64,000 nt of DNA from the human T2T-CHM13v2.0 reference genome, Homo sapiens. The notes beneath the pieces are model-generated. The model worked only from the letters and a program-made list of their open reading frames with translations. It did not search any database and had not been told where the DNA came from. The DNA is taken from NCBI RefSeq assembly GCF_009914755.1, contig NC_060926.1, one strand, 5' to 3'. The number at the start of each line of letters is the position of its first letter. Position 1 is the first letter of the stretch. A program made the translations under genes and the position numbers. Shown here piece by piece: positions 32,201-49,193 of this stretch.

Positions 32201-32269
32201 TGTGGGCCACACCCACCGAGTCAAATAGGGTGGTGGGGGGCAACATCTGTTTGTTCAGAAGCCATCAAT

Positions 32270-32700
32270 GGTCCTTGTCCCCATCTGCCCATTCTTTAAC
32301 TCAGAGGACAGCTTCACCATCATCAGTTGCGTGAAGCAGAAAACTAGGTGTCTTTCCTGAATCCTCTTTTCCTCAGTCCCTATAAACTTCTCAATCATTT
32401 TTCCAGCAAAATCTTTCTCCATCTGTTTTTCCTCCATCTCCACTGCCACTCCTTTGCTATAGTCTTTCATTGGGAGACCTGCAAAAGTATTCCCAAGATC
32501 TCCCACGTCCTTCAAGCCATTCTGCACATGAAAATCAAAATTATATTTGAATGCACACTAACATGCAGTCCAATCCAAAGCCTTTGCCAGCTTCTTGTTG
32601 CTCACTTTTAGGGTAAAGACCGAATCCTTACCATGAGTGGTCTGGCAGTGGCCGTCTATCTGCTGTGTGTTCCCTGCTCCATCCTCCAAAGTGCACCACC
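32270..32700 (+). mobile_element. L2 LINE fragment
   Basis: caccatcatcagttgcgtgaagcagaaaactaggtgtc...ctccatctccactgccact...tagggtaaagaccgaatccttaccatg. Confidence 0.65.
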
Positions 32701-32869
32701 TCCAATCACAGTGGAATGAGTGGTGCTCTCACCAGATAGCCCATTATCAGAATCCAACTTAACACTGAGACTATGTCCACTGCTATGACCATAGACAAAT
32801 AGAAACCATGTGCGTCAAACTATGACATAAAAAGGTCCCAGGTGATTTGCTGTATAGAAAAGTGAACAA

Positions 32870-33040
32870 GATTCAGATCTCTGAAAGTCATCTTTGCTGT
32901 TTAATAGCTGTATGATCTTGGAAAAGTCTCTTCATGTCTCTATCCTTGTTTTTTTTTTTTCCTTTACAACCTATTAATAATATTACCTCCTGATTTCCTC
33001 AGAATTGTCCTAAAAATGAAGATTTTGAAAGCACATTCAT
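32870..33040 (+). mobile_element. MIR SINE fragment
   Basis: atagctgtatgatcttggaaaagtctcttcatgtctctatcc...aataatattacctcc...gaattgtcctaaaaatgaa. Confidence 0.6.
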
Positions 33041-33133
33041 AACCTTAAATTGCTCATAAACTCTCTGAGCCTTTCTTTAAAAAGCAAAGGGTATCTCCTT
33101 CCCTGTGTTGAGAAAAATAGCTGTACTGTATGC

Positions 33134-35112
33134 TGATATGGTTCGGCTCTGTGTCCCCATCCAAATCTTATCTTGAAGTTCAATCTCCATAATCCACTAG
33201 TGTCATTGGCAGGAATAGGTGGAAGTAATTGAATCATAGGGGTAGTTTTCCAAGATTAATAAGAATGGGGTGCTGCTCTAAAGATACCCGAAAATATGGA
33301 TGCAACTTTGGAACTGGGTAGCAGGTAGGATTTGGAACAGTTTGGAGGACTCAGAAGAAGACAGGAAGATGTGGGAATGTTTGGAACTTCCTAGAAACTT
33401 GTTGAATGGTTTTGACCGAAATGCTGATAGTGATATAGACAATGAAGCCCAGGCTGAGGTGGTCTCAGAGGAAGATGAGGAACTTGTTGGGAACTGGAGC
33501 AAAGGTGACTCTTGCTGTGCTTTAGCAAAGAGAATGGCAATATTTTGTCCCTGCCCTAGAAATCTGTGGAACTTTGAACTTGAGAGAGATGATTTAGGGT
33601 ATCTGGTGGAAGAAATTTCTAAGCAGCAAAGCATTCAAAAGGGAGCACAGCATAAAAGTTTGGAAAATTTTTAGCCTGATAATGCAACAGACAAGAAAAA
33701 CCCATTTTCTGGGGAGAAATTCAAGCCTGCTTCAGAAATTTGCATAAGTAACAAAAAGCCAAATATTAATCACCAAGACAATGTGGAAAACGTCTCCAGG
33801 GCATGTCAGAGACCTTCATGGCAGCCCCTCCCATCAAAGGCCCAGAGGCCTAGGAGAATAAAATGGTTTCATGGGCTGGGCCTAGGGCTCCCCTGTTCTC
33901 TGCAGCCTTAGGACATAGTGCCCTGTGTCCCAGCTGTTTCAGTCCCAGTCATGGCTAAAGGGGCCAATGAACAGCTCAGGCTGTTGTTTCAGAGAGTGCA
34001 AGCCCCAAGCCTCAGCAGCTCACATCTGGTTTTGGGCCTGTGGGTGCACAGAAGTCAAGAACTGACATATGGAACTTCCACCTAGATTTCAGAAGATGTA
34101 TGAAAATGCCTGGATGTCCAGGCAGAAGTCTGCTTCAGGGGTGAAGCCCTCATGGAGAACCTCTGCTAGGGCAGTGCAGAGCAGAAATGTGGGGTTGGAG
34201 CCCCCACACAGAGTCCCCACTGGGGCACTGCCTAGTGGAACTGTGAGAAGAGGGCCACTGCATCCTCCAGATCCCAGAATGGTAGATCCACGGACAGCTT
34301 GGACTGCGGGCCTGGAAAAGCCACAGACACTCAACACCAGCTCACAAAAGCAGCTGGGAAGGAGGCTGTACCCTGCAAAGCCACAGAATTGGAAGAGCCC
34401 AAGGTCGTAGGAGAACACCTCTTTCATCAGCACAACCTGGATGTGAGATATGGAGTCAAAGAAGATCATTTTGGAACTTTAAGGCTTAGTGACTGCCCTT
34501 TGTTTTGGCCAATTTCTCCCATTTGCAATAAATGTATTTACCCAATGCCTGAATCTCTATTGTGTCTAGGATGCACTAACTTGCTTTTGATTTTACAGGC
34601 TCATAGGTGGAAGGGACTTGCCTTGTCTTAGATGAGACTTTGGACTTGGACTTTTGGGTTAATGCTGAAATGAGTTAAGACTTTAGGGGACTATTGGAAG
34701 GACATAACTGTGTTTTGAAATGTGAGGACATAAGATTTGGGAGGGGCAGGGGCAGAGTTATATGGGTTGGTTCTGTATCTCCACCTAAATTTCACCTTGA
34801 ATTGTAATCCCCATAATCCCCATGTGTGAAGGGTGGGACCAGGTGGATATAATTGAATCATGGAGGTGGTTCTCCCATGCTGTTCTCATGATAATGAGTG
34901 AGTCTCACAAGATCTGATGGTTTTATTAGCATCTGGCATTTCCTCTGCTTGCACTCATTCACTGTCCTGCTGCCCTGTGAAGAGGTGCCTGTTTGTCCTT
35001 TGCCTTCCACTATGATTGTAAGTTTCCTCAGGCCTCCCAAGCCATGCAGAAATGTGAGTCAATTATTTATAAATGGTATTTCTTCATAGCAGTGTAAGAA
35101 TGAACTAATACA
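33134..35112 (+). mobile_element. THE1D-like MaLR provirus: truncated 5' LTR (33134-33251), internal region, 3' LTR (34758-35112)
   Basis: 5' end tgatatggttcggctctgtgtcccc; THE1-int motifs (ORF track WNSLEDSEEDRKMWECLELPR); polypurine tract gggaggggcaggggcaga before the 3' LTR ending gaactaataca; no clear TSD. Confidence 0.93.
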
Positions 35113-36034
35113 TGAAAAAAACACCTGATACTAGGCTACAAGACTTGGCCCTCAATGGAATAACTATTGCTACTGTGCTCTTGTTGTTGCCTTGTTATCC
35201 AAATGTAGCATCACATCTTGGCTGGGTGAAATCAGGTTCATAAACATCTGGAATGAAAACACATAGTTAACAGCAGGGACTACTGCCTTTGTTTCTGCCT
35301 TTCTACCATCTGTTTTCATCCACCAATGTTCATGGGGCAGATTCCTTTTATAAAATTCAAACCTTGTCCACTCTGGGGCTTTTATCATGGTAAGTTATAT
35401 CTAGCTGGGGTCACTGGTGAGCACTAAGAACCACAGCTGCAGAGTTACAGAAGTCTTCTTGGCTTATTGGCTAACCTATCATTGAATGTTGACTTGATAA
35501 CAAATTCTGAGGTACAAATTTATAATCATGCCAGGGACAGTGGGGTGTCCCTGAAAACATCTTTGCTCAAACACTTAAACTTCATGTTTGAAATAAATTA
35601 AGTAATATTTTAGGTTCAAAAATTAAACAAAACAAACAAACAAAAAAGAGAGAGAGAGAAGGCCCTTCTCCTTTTCCCATGAAAGCAGAATGCCGAGTGG
35701 GTCCAGCTTCCCAAATGGCAAAGGTGCAGGCAAAAGACCACCCTCAGTGACTATGAGGTTGCAGCCCTGACTGACCAGACCATCACTGCAATCAACCAAA
35801 AACCTCAAATATGTATTTTAAAGCTCCTCTTTCCCCTGTCAATGAGCTGGCAAACGAGTAAGAAATATGCAGAAATTAAAAACTCAGTAAACAGGCCTGT
35901 AATTCAGAGACAGACATTCTTACGTGCTGAGAGGCAGACCTGGGGTTTTGGTTTTCATGGCCTCACAGGACACAGAGGATGGACAGGAAGCAAACTCAGA
36001 GGCTGTCCAGGGATTGCAGGCCTAGCAGTGTTCA

Positions 36035-37560
36035 TGGGGAAAGTTGTAGCCTTAAATGCTAATGCTGGAAAAGAAGAAAGACTTAAGATTGATGAGCTAA
36101 GATTCTAAATTAAAGTAAAAACAATAGGGTAAAAACACAAAGAAAGGATAAAGAAAGGAACTAAAGGTATGGACAAATATTAACACAATTTTAAAAAATC
36201 TGTAATAGAAATTATTATGATCCAAATGCTAAAAAATAAAAAAAATACTTTTTTTGGTTAAGAAAAAAGAAACAGGGCACAGATAAATAGAACTAGGAGT
36301 GATAAAATGTGCATAACAACTAAATCTAAAGAGAATCAGAGGTGGGAAATCATTATGAACAACTCTATGCCTATAAATTTAAGAACTTCAGTGAAATATT
36401 TAAACTCCTAGAGAAACATAATTTCTCAAAAATGGTTCAAATAGAAGCAGAAAACTAAAACAGTCCTATAACCATTACAAAATTGAATCACTAAATATCT
36501 TTCCACAAAGAAATTCCAGGGTCAAATGTTTTACAGGTGAGTTATACTCAGCTTGCAAGTAGTAAATAATCTCAAATTTACCCAAACTATTCCAGAACAT
36601 GTAAAAGGAAAGAATTATTTCAGATCACTTTTGAAGCTGTCAAATCCTTGATTAAAAACAACATAAAATAACAACAACAACAACAAAAACCAAAACAACA
36701 AAAACACCTTGGAAAGAGCAGTAGGAAAAGATCCAATTTTGCTAAGGATAATAGGTAAGAAATTTTAAATAAAATATTAGCAAAAGATCCAGCAACATCC
36801 TTCTGTGCATATGTTTATGTGTCAGAAACGGTGATGGCTAATATTGAATGTCAACTTGATTGGACCGAAAGATGCAAAGTATTGTTCTTGGTTGTCTCTG
36901 TGAGGGTGTTGCCAAAGGAGATTAACATTTGAGTCAGTGGACTGGGAGAGGCAGACCCACACCCAGTCTGGGTGGGCACCATCCAATCTGCTGCCAGCAT
37001 GGCTAGGATAAAAGCAGGTAGAGGAACGTGGAAGGACTAGACTGGCTGAGTCTTCCAGCCTCCATCTTTCTCCTGTGCTGAATGCTTCCTGACCTTGAAC
37101 ATCAGACCCCAAATTCTTCAGCTTTTGGACTCTTGGATCTACACCAGGGGTTTACCAGGGGCTCTGACGCCTTCGTCCACAGACTGAAGGCTGCACTGCT
37201 GGTTTCCTTACTTTTCAGGTTTTGGGACTCGGGCTGGCCTCCTGGCTCCTCAGCTTGAGGACAGCCTATTGTGGGACTTCACCTTGTGATCGAGAGTCAA
37301 TTCTCCTAATAAACTCCCTTTCATAGATTCATCCATTTTATTAGTTCTGTCCCTCTAGAGAACTCTGACTAATATAGAAACTAACGTCAAGTTGGCTGTT
37401 TCCTAGGGTTATGATCCTTGTCTAAACATTTACGAATCAAATAAAATACTTAGCCAAAATAATTTTTAAACTAAAAAAGTCACATGATGAAGAAAATTTA
37501 ATATTAATCATCTTTCAAAAAATTAAAACAACAGAATACTCTTAGCAGAGTAAACAAGTA
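36035..37560 (+). mobile_element. Ancient L1M ORF2 remnant interrupted by an MLT2A LTR
   Basis: gggaaagttgtagccttaaatgct...tatgaacaactctatgcctataaattt...ttttaaataaaatattagcaaaa, A-rich L1 ORF2 motifs. Confidence 0.65.
36830..37376 (+). mobile_element. MLT2A (HERV-L) solo LTR
   Basis: gtgatggctaatattgaatgtcaacttgattgg...gttctgtccctctagagaactctgactaatata; perfect TSD gaaac at 36825-36829 and 37377-37381. Confidence 0.93.
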
Positions 37561-38074
37561 AATCGATCAAATATATTCATTTTTTGCTTCTGCCTAAAAT
37601 ACCACAAAATAATCCTAAAGGGTCTTTTTTATAGGCATAAACACAAAGTTCCAGGGACAGCAGGAGAGGAGACCACAGTTCATGACCATCTGTCCCACTC
37701 TGCACACATCAATGTGGCCCTAGCCCAGTTACCAATCACTGTCCATTTCACCATCACTGGGGCTTTAGCCTGCATAATAAATTACTGCATCATCCCTAGG
37801 CGAAACAAAACTGTGTTAGCTGTTCACGGGTTATGAGGATTAGGGAAAATAAATGTATTAGCTGGAAAGCAGATTTAAGGTAAGTAAATGAAGAATCTTA
37901 TCTGAGAAAACTAACTTCCAAGCAGCAATGACGAAGAAGGAAAATTAACTTAATTTACGCCTCTGAGTCTCCAGGGTCTCAGGCAATGGCAGCATCAGCT
38001 AACTGTAAAAGGCAGAAGTGAGATGACTAAACTTTTAGAAATCAGTCACTTCTTCACTTGTACCAAGCCAACAG

Positions 38075-38830
38075 AGCTGCATCATCCTCTGCTCTGGATC
38101 ATCACCTGGCTTCCAATCCAGTCGCCCACTTCACCTTCCCCCTAGAGTCCATGCTCGGCAGAGAATTGACTGTGATCTTCATAGCATGTCGGTGAGAGCA
38201 TGTCCCTCATCTTCTGAAAATTCTGGAAATGTTTCTTTATTTCAATTACAGGAAGAGCTCAAATCCTTGCAATGATCTCTAGGGCCCTATGTAATCCATG
38301 CAACTACATACACATGCACTTTGACCCTTCTTAACCTTAACTTCACTCCAAATACACTGGCCTCCTTCCGTTGTGTGACACTCCAGCCATGCTCCCACCC
38401 CAGAGTCTTTGCAAAAGATATTCTGTCTGCTTAGCATGCTCTGTCCCCAGAATCCAAACACAAACCTCACTCCCTTACTTCACTCAAGAGTTTACTCAAA
38501 TGTCACCCTCTCAATTGGTCATGCTCTGGCCACCCTATTTAAAATTATACCCTGTTACCCAACCTACAACACCTGATCCCCATTTCCCTGCTGATGCTCC
38601 TTTCCCTGTTGTCCTCTGTTGTCCTATACTTAAAACCTGGTTCCCTATATGTAACTTATTTTTAAAAATATGTTTATAATTTGTGATCCATCTCCGTTGG
38701 TCGTGGTATAAGTTCTGAGACTGCTGGGATCTCTGTTTTGCTCACTGCTATATTTCAAGAGTCTGTAATAATGCCTGATACTTAGTAAACACCCAACAAA
38801 TATTTTAAATATATGTTTGGAATGAATTAA
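38075..38830 (+). mobile_element. L2 LINE 3' portion
   Basis: cactccaaatacactggcctcctt...tttactcaaatgtcaccctctca...ctgttttgctcactgctatatt...tggaatgaattaa. Confidence 0.8.
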
Positions 38831-38984
38831 ATTTAAACAAGAAGCAGACAAATCATCGCCTCCTCCCACACCCCCAGAATCCTTCCCAAACACTGCCCAC
38901 CTTCAACTCCAGCAGAGATTGAAAGCCAATATTCTGGTGACAGCCAAGTAGAGATTTTCACATAGAGTCTCCACAGCTGTTTAG

Positions 38985-39135
38985 CAAATTACCAAAAGTT
39001 AGCAGCTTAAACAATACAAATTTATTATCTTGCAGCTGTCCTGGGTTAGGATTCTGGGCTTGATTTAGTTGGGTCTTCTCTTGAGGGTCTCACTAGGCCG
39101 AAGTTGCATTCTCACATGAGGCTTGGAGTCTTCTT
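38985..39135 (-). mobile_element. MLT1 LTR fragment
   Basis: caaattacc...agcagcttaaacaatacaaatttattatcttgcag...agggtctcactaggccgaa. Confidence 0.6.
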
Positions 39136-39179
39136 TAAAGAGTTAGAGATAGAGGTGGAAACACAGACTATAATAAGCT

Positions 39180-39660
39180 TCCAGCCCTTATTACAGATTT
39201 TGGTCCTTACATAAGAGCAAAGAGAAGTCCTAACAGTTGAAGTAGGGAATAGAACAATAGTACTTTCATTTTATTGAGACTTCTCTGGCTTTAGTGTAGA
39301 GACTGGACTGGAGAAGCCTCCAGCAGCCTGATTCAGTGGCCCAGGTGACAGATGACAGTCTCTGCTAGAATAGAGTTTAAGTGGAGAGAAGCAGATGTGA
39401 AGAGACATACAAAGGAAGTGAAATTAACAGAATGTGAAGACTGAATCAATACAGCAGGAGAGAGACCTCAAAGGTGACTCCTAAATGTCCAGCCTGCGCA
39501 GTTGTGGAGATGGAGCTAACACTTCCTGAGGTGGGAAACATGGCAGGAATAACTGTTCAAGAGGGAAGACCATGTGGTCGGTTTTGGATTTCAGTTTGAA
39601 GCAACTCTGGGACACTGAAATAGAGATGTTGAATAGGTAATTGGTCAGAAATTGAGGACA
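39180..39660 (-). mobile_element. L2 LINE fragment
   Basis: Purine-rich antisense L2 pattern (gtggagagaagcagatg...aaggtgactcctaaatgtccagcctg...tagagatgttgaatagg). Confidence 0.6.
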
Positions 39661-40691
39661 GGGTCAGAAGATGCTCACATTTAAATACCTGGGAGGGGAA
39701 GTTGAGTAGACGAAAGCCGTTGATAAAGTGTGGCTAACAATTTAAATAGACAATTCATGTTTTACCTGCGCTTCCCCCAGTAGAGATTAAGTAGAAAAAT
39801 GACCATGAGATGAGGAGAATAAGGAGGAAGGAAATGGGAAAATAGGAGAGGAGAAAAAATAGGCAAAAAAGCCTGAAGAAGCCAAAACAAGGACAGCAAG
39901 CTCTTCAGTGACCAGCCTGGCGTGTTGGTTTCTAGCAAGTCATTGAACATTCCCAGCCTCAAGAAGATGGGCTGCAAATTAATTTACCACTTGAAATCAT
40001 TAAGATATCACAGCAATAAACAATTTTTATTATTGTTACTGTGATACCTAAAGGCCATGCCAAGAGAATCTGAAACATCCAGGAAAAGAAGACAAAAAAG
40101 AAAAAAATTTAATATTGTACCTGGGACCTAGTATTGTAAGGAAAAGTTTCGGCACTGATGGTCTTTAAGATTACAGTTGAAAATATCCAGCATTCCCTTA
40201 ATACAGGTGGAACTTAGACACCTTGGCTGTCTTCTACAGGGAGCCTCCAGCTGACCTCCTTGGAATTTTAATGGAATTTACATTGAAAGATTTTTGAATG
40301 GTGCAGAAGTTTGGCTGGTCCTGGTGAGGTCTTTTATTTTCTTGGAAAGTCCTTACAACTCCAGTTTGGAATTCCTTGTGTGCCTATCGCTCCCATTTAG
40401 AAAATTATTATTCCATGATGCCAGGAAGAAAAGTGTTCCAGCAAACATCAGCAATGACTTCCTGATTGCCAAGTCCAGCAAAGGCCCCGCCCTTCTCATC
40501 TCATACGAGCTCTTCCTGGCATTTAACCCTTCTGAACACTCTTCCTTCCCTCATTCAATGATGACACACTCATTTTATTCTCCTGGGACCTCTCTGACAA
40601 TTCTGTTCAGTCTCTTATTCCTTCCAAATACAAAGTATTATTGTGCCTGATGGTTGAACTCTTACAGGTTTGTTGTTGTTGTTGTTGTTGC

Positions 40692-41010
<319 letters not shown>

Positions 41011-41569
41011 TAATCCTCACTTGAAAATATTGCTCTGGGATTTCCAGCAGGACATGCTCTGGCAGCACTAGCATATGGCAATAACCAGCAAAGAACAATA
41101 AAGATGAAAGGTGATTCAATGTCTTAAAAATTACAGTATTACACCATCTGCAGAATGAAGAGCCCTCAAAGTAACAAGAGCCTCTGAAGACCTCCTACAC
41201 TTCAGATGTAGATAATGATCACTTTGAGTCATCATGGAAAAGGTAGAACATCATGGACACTATTTGGAAGGGCTGGAACAAATGCATTGGGCTTTAAAGA
41301 GATTTTTATATCAATCAATTACATTTAATATCCACATTTCCCAATAGCCAGACTGACACCTTGACTTGGATGTCTAGCAGACATGACATTAACACATCCA
41401 AAGTGAACTCTGTCTTTTTCCACAGTCTGCCCCTTCCACAGCCCTCCACACCTCCATAAATAGCAACTCCATGTTTTCCTATTTCAGAGGCAAAACTCTT
41501 CTTTTTCTTATAATCCGTATCAATAAACATAGTGTCAAAAATAAATCCATAGCCCAATGCCTTCCTTCC

Positions 41570-41976
41570 TTTTTTTTTTTTAATTTACTTTAAGTTCTGG
41601 GATACATGTGCAGAAGGTGCAGGTTTGTTACATAGGTATACATGTGCCATGGTGGTTTGCTGCACCTATCCACCCATCATCTAGGTTTTAATCCCCACAT
41701 GTATTAGGTATTTGTCCTAATGCTCTCCCTCCCCTTTCCCCCTGCCCCCAGACAAGCACTGGTGTGTGATGTTCCCCTCCCTGTGTCCATGTGTTCTCAT
41801 CATTCAACTCCCACTTATGGGAAAGAACATGCAGTGTTTGGTTTTCTGTTCCTGTGTTAGTTTGCTGAGGATAATGGTTTCCAGCTTCATCCATGTTCCT
41901 GCAAAGGACATGAATTCATTCTTTTTCACGGCTGCATAGTATTTCATGGTGTATATGTGCCACATTTTCTTTATCC
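41570..41976 (-). mobile_element. L1PA8-like 3' fragment
   Basis: Poly(T), tactttaagttctgggatacatgtgcag...ctaggttttaatccccacatgtattagg...gccacattttctttatcc. Confidence 0.92.
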
Positions 41977-42421
41977 TTTCTCGGCTACTACCAGCCTAGA
42001 AAAACTACTATGATTTTTCACCTGATTATTCCAATTGATTTGTAAAGGGTCTCCCACCTTTGTTTGTTTGGTTGACAAAGTCTACTCTCAACAAAAAACC
42101 CAAAGCTATCCTTTGAAGATCTTACATCATATCATGTTACACTCTGTTCAAGATTATAAAATGGCTTCTCTTTTTATTACAAATAAAGAAGTTGGTCCCA
42201 CATGAGCTGGCTTCATTTTCCCTGTCTTATTTCACATCCAAATATTCTTGTGCACACTCCGCTCACTCCAGCACTACAGTCTCTTTGATGTTCCTCCAGC
42301 AGTGAGTCATTGACACAACTGAGTTTTGTGGAATGGGAGCTTGTGTTCCCCCTTCCTGAAATGCTCTTCCTGCTGATATCCACATACCTGTGTACACATG
42401 GCATGACCCTTCCTTCACGTC

Positions 42422-45110
<2,689 letters not shown>

Positions 45111-45749
45111 AAGCCATTGCTCGGATGCCTTCACAGTGATGGATGTCTCCATCATCCACCCACTGCAGTGATAGATGCTCCTCATCTGATTTACAATTAT
45201 ATTTTCTCCTTTGTGAGTTCATCTGTGTCACTGCTCCTGTTTTACCTTCCTCACAACACTTTTCACATTCTAACATATGATGTAATTTGGTTTTGCTTCT
45301 GCTCACGACATTAGAACGGAACGTTGATGAAGGCAGGTATTTTGGCCTCTTTTGTTCACTGCTACATCCCAGTACCCAGATGAGTGACCAGCATATAATA
45401 GGTACTCAAAACATTCCTGTGGAATGAATGAATACAGCTAGAAAATGTATTTTAGAATTAGTAAATCTTTGGCTCTCTGGAAAGTCCAATTCTTCAGAAT
45501 AATATGTCCCACAGGGTTCTGCTGATCACATCTTCCTGCACCGCAGCCTGTCTATGCTGCTCTGTCCACGTTACAGCTTAAATTAGATTTTGTAGACGAA
45601 CTTGGAGGAATGTATTTTCCATTTTCAACGTGGTGCTTATGGGATAATACATTCGTAAGTACCAAGTCATGAGCTTCCAAACAAATTTGTGGGACACATT
45701 CTCTCTGCATGATGGGGTTCCCTCACTGTGAACCCAAGGCAGCACTTAT

Positions 45750-45915
45750 GCTGGATACCACAGGGAGCTACAAGTCAGGTGTCTTTAATTCCAGCTCTCC
45801 TCTGTCTCAGGTCAGCTGTGTAAACTAGAGCAAGTACATTGAACTCAGTATTTAGTTTCTTCTTCTATAAAGAGAGAGGTTTAGATTGTGTGATCTTTAA
45901 CATTTCTTTCAGCAT
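45750..45915 (+). mobile_element. MIR SINE
   Basis: ttaattccagctctcc...agctgtgtaaactagagcaagtacatt...tttagtttcttcttctataaaag...gatctttaacatttctttcagc. Confidence 0.6.
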
Positions 45916-46325
45916 GAAGATTGTGTTTTCAAAAGGCAATAAACTATGAACAGAATTAGAAGTCATCTCAGTAACCCTTGGCTTTCCCGGAACTTACTGG
46001 GTTATTTTATAAAAACTGAAGTCCACAAGGGCACCATTGAGAACTGCCCACAAACAAATAGCTGGGCATACCCTAATTCATCTGTCTTTCAAGGAGGTCT
46101 CAGAAGAATAAGCCACGCCAGGGCTTCTTTTTATAATTCATTCGTGGCCGATCGGGAATCTTTATTAGCCAGTGAACTTGCCCTGAACCACATCGTACAC
46201 TTTTTATCAGCCGATTTTCACAGAGATTGAAATCCAAAGTAAAGTGGCAGATGTTGGGTCTGGCCTCCTTGTGACTAACATTTCTATTTCCTTCTAATGA
46301 ACTGACTTACTGATTCTTTTCCCAG

Positions 46326-46383
46326 GTCTCTAGCTGTCTGAATGGAGGAACATTGCTAGACTGCTGTGGTTTCGATGAGGCAG
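46326..46383 (+). other. Candidate internal exon (58 nt), plus strand
   Basis: Branch-point-like ctaac/ctgac, acceptor ttcttttcccag|GTCTC, donor GGCAG|gtaaga, in apparently unique sequence. Confidence 0.45.
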
Positions 46384-46929
46384 GTAAGAAGGAGGAAGCG
46401 GCTAAGATTTATCAGTTGCTCAGTAAATGCTCAATGCTCTCCACCCAGGCACATCACGGTGCATGCATGGTTTGTATTAATGCTGACCTTTCTCAGTTTT
46501 TCTATGAATGCTTCTTCATAGAAGAAAATCAAACTGGCTGAATTTTCTAGAAAGTTGGAAATATTTTCTTATTTTTTAAGGCCAATAGCGTGAGTTGTCA
46601 GAGAATAATAATTACACTCTATGTGTCCAGAAATCATAATCCAATGTTCATGAAATCTCTTATTTAGAATATGTTTCAAGGAAAGAAAAATTATATGGGA
46701 ACCCCAACATAGACTTCTTACAGTGAGAGGAGTCTTTCTGTCATCCTGCAAAGATTCTGCAACTGAAAGACTGCTGTCAGCTATCAGGGAGCGTGCAGTC
46801 TTACTGTAGCAATGCACTTTATGTAATGATATTGAAGGAGGAAGAGGATAGGAGAAGAGGATTAGTTTCCATGGAGACAACAAATTTATCTTTAATGAAT
46901 GACAATTCTCTAGAATTCTTGACGTACCA

Positions 46930-47075
46930 ATTCATGCATTCAACAAATATTTTTTACATCTCCCATGGGTCATAGTAGGTAGGTTTTGAGGTACTAATGG
47001 TGAGTATAATCTGGGAAGCTGCTCTCAAGGAGTTTATAGTGTAGGGATGGAGGCAAATGTCAATAATAACACAGC
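46930..47075 (-). mobile_element. L2 3' end
   Basis: attcatgcattcaacaaatattt...ctgctctcaaggagtttatagt. Confidence 0.6.
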
Positions 47076-47244
47076 TCTTAGCAAGGTGGTTTTTTTTCCC
47101 ATCCCAAACCATTCTTAGGAGGCAGTGCCTTTCTTAGCTTCTCAACTGCTTTTCTCCTTGTGGATTCCAGGCTTATGTTAAATAGAATGCAAAAAGGAGA
47201 AGTGGCTGATAAGAAGACAATAGTCAGAGACTTTTGTTTAATTA

Positions 47245-47916
<672 letters not shown>

Positions 47917-48469
47917 CTAGCGCACAAGAAGTGTTTCTAGTCTCATGGTTATTTTAACTAGAAGTAGGCTGAAAAGATGAATTCTTCTTCACTCCCTCCT
48001 TTAAAGAAGAGTCAATTGAGCTTGATTAATACCTAAGATGCTCTGGGTATTGTAGACCTAGTGGTAAAGGTGGTTTGGGTAATAACATGTAATTGCATGA
48101 CCAAGTTGTATCAACCAATGTATTCATGAGCATGCTTCCCAAATGGAGTGCCCTAGGAACTCAGGGCTGTGGTAGGGACTTTCTCTCTGTGTTCTGTTAG
48201 CTGCCCTGGTGAAAGCTTGGGGAGTTAGAGAATCAACCAAGATTACTTATAAAGATCAAAGTGAAGGTAATTTGTTGAGGTTTCATAAAATACTTCTAAA
48301 TTTCAGGACATGTAATTTTGACCAAAAATAAGATAGTCTCTGCTGAGGTAGGGTAATCTGTGAATGTTATGACAGCTTAATTGAGAAGGCCTAAGCCAGC
48401 AACAGAAACAACACTGCTCATGTTGAGAAAAGCAATTGAATGAGAAAAACAGCTTGTAAGGGGCACATC

Positions 48470-49193
<724 letters not shown>

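Noticed and set aside
31782-32228. 148-aa ORF with a signal-peptide-like start
   Set aside because: Non-ATG start, runs into a MER5-like fragment, no recognisable domain.
33278-34631. 110-126 aa ORFs in the THE1 internal region
   Set aside because: Routine remnants of the MaLR internal ORF, fragmented by stops and deletions.
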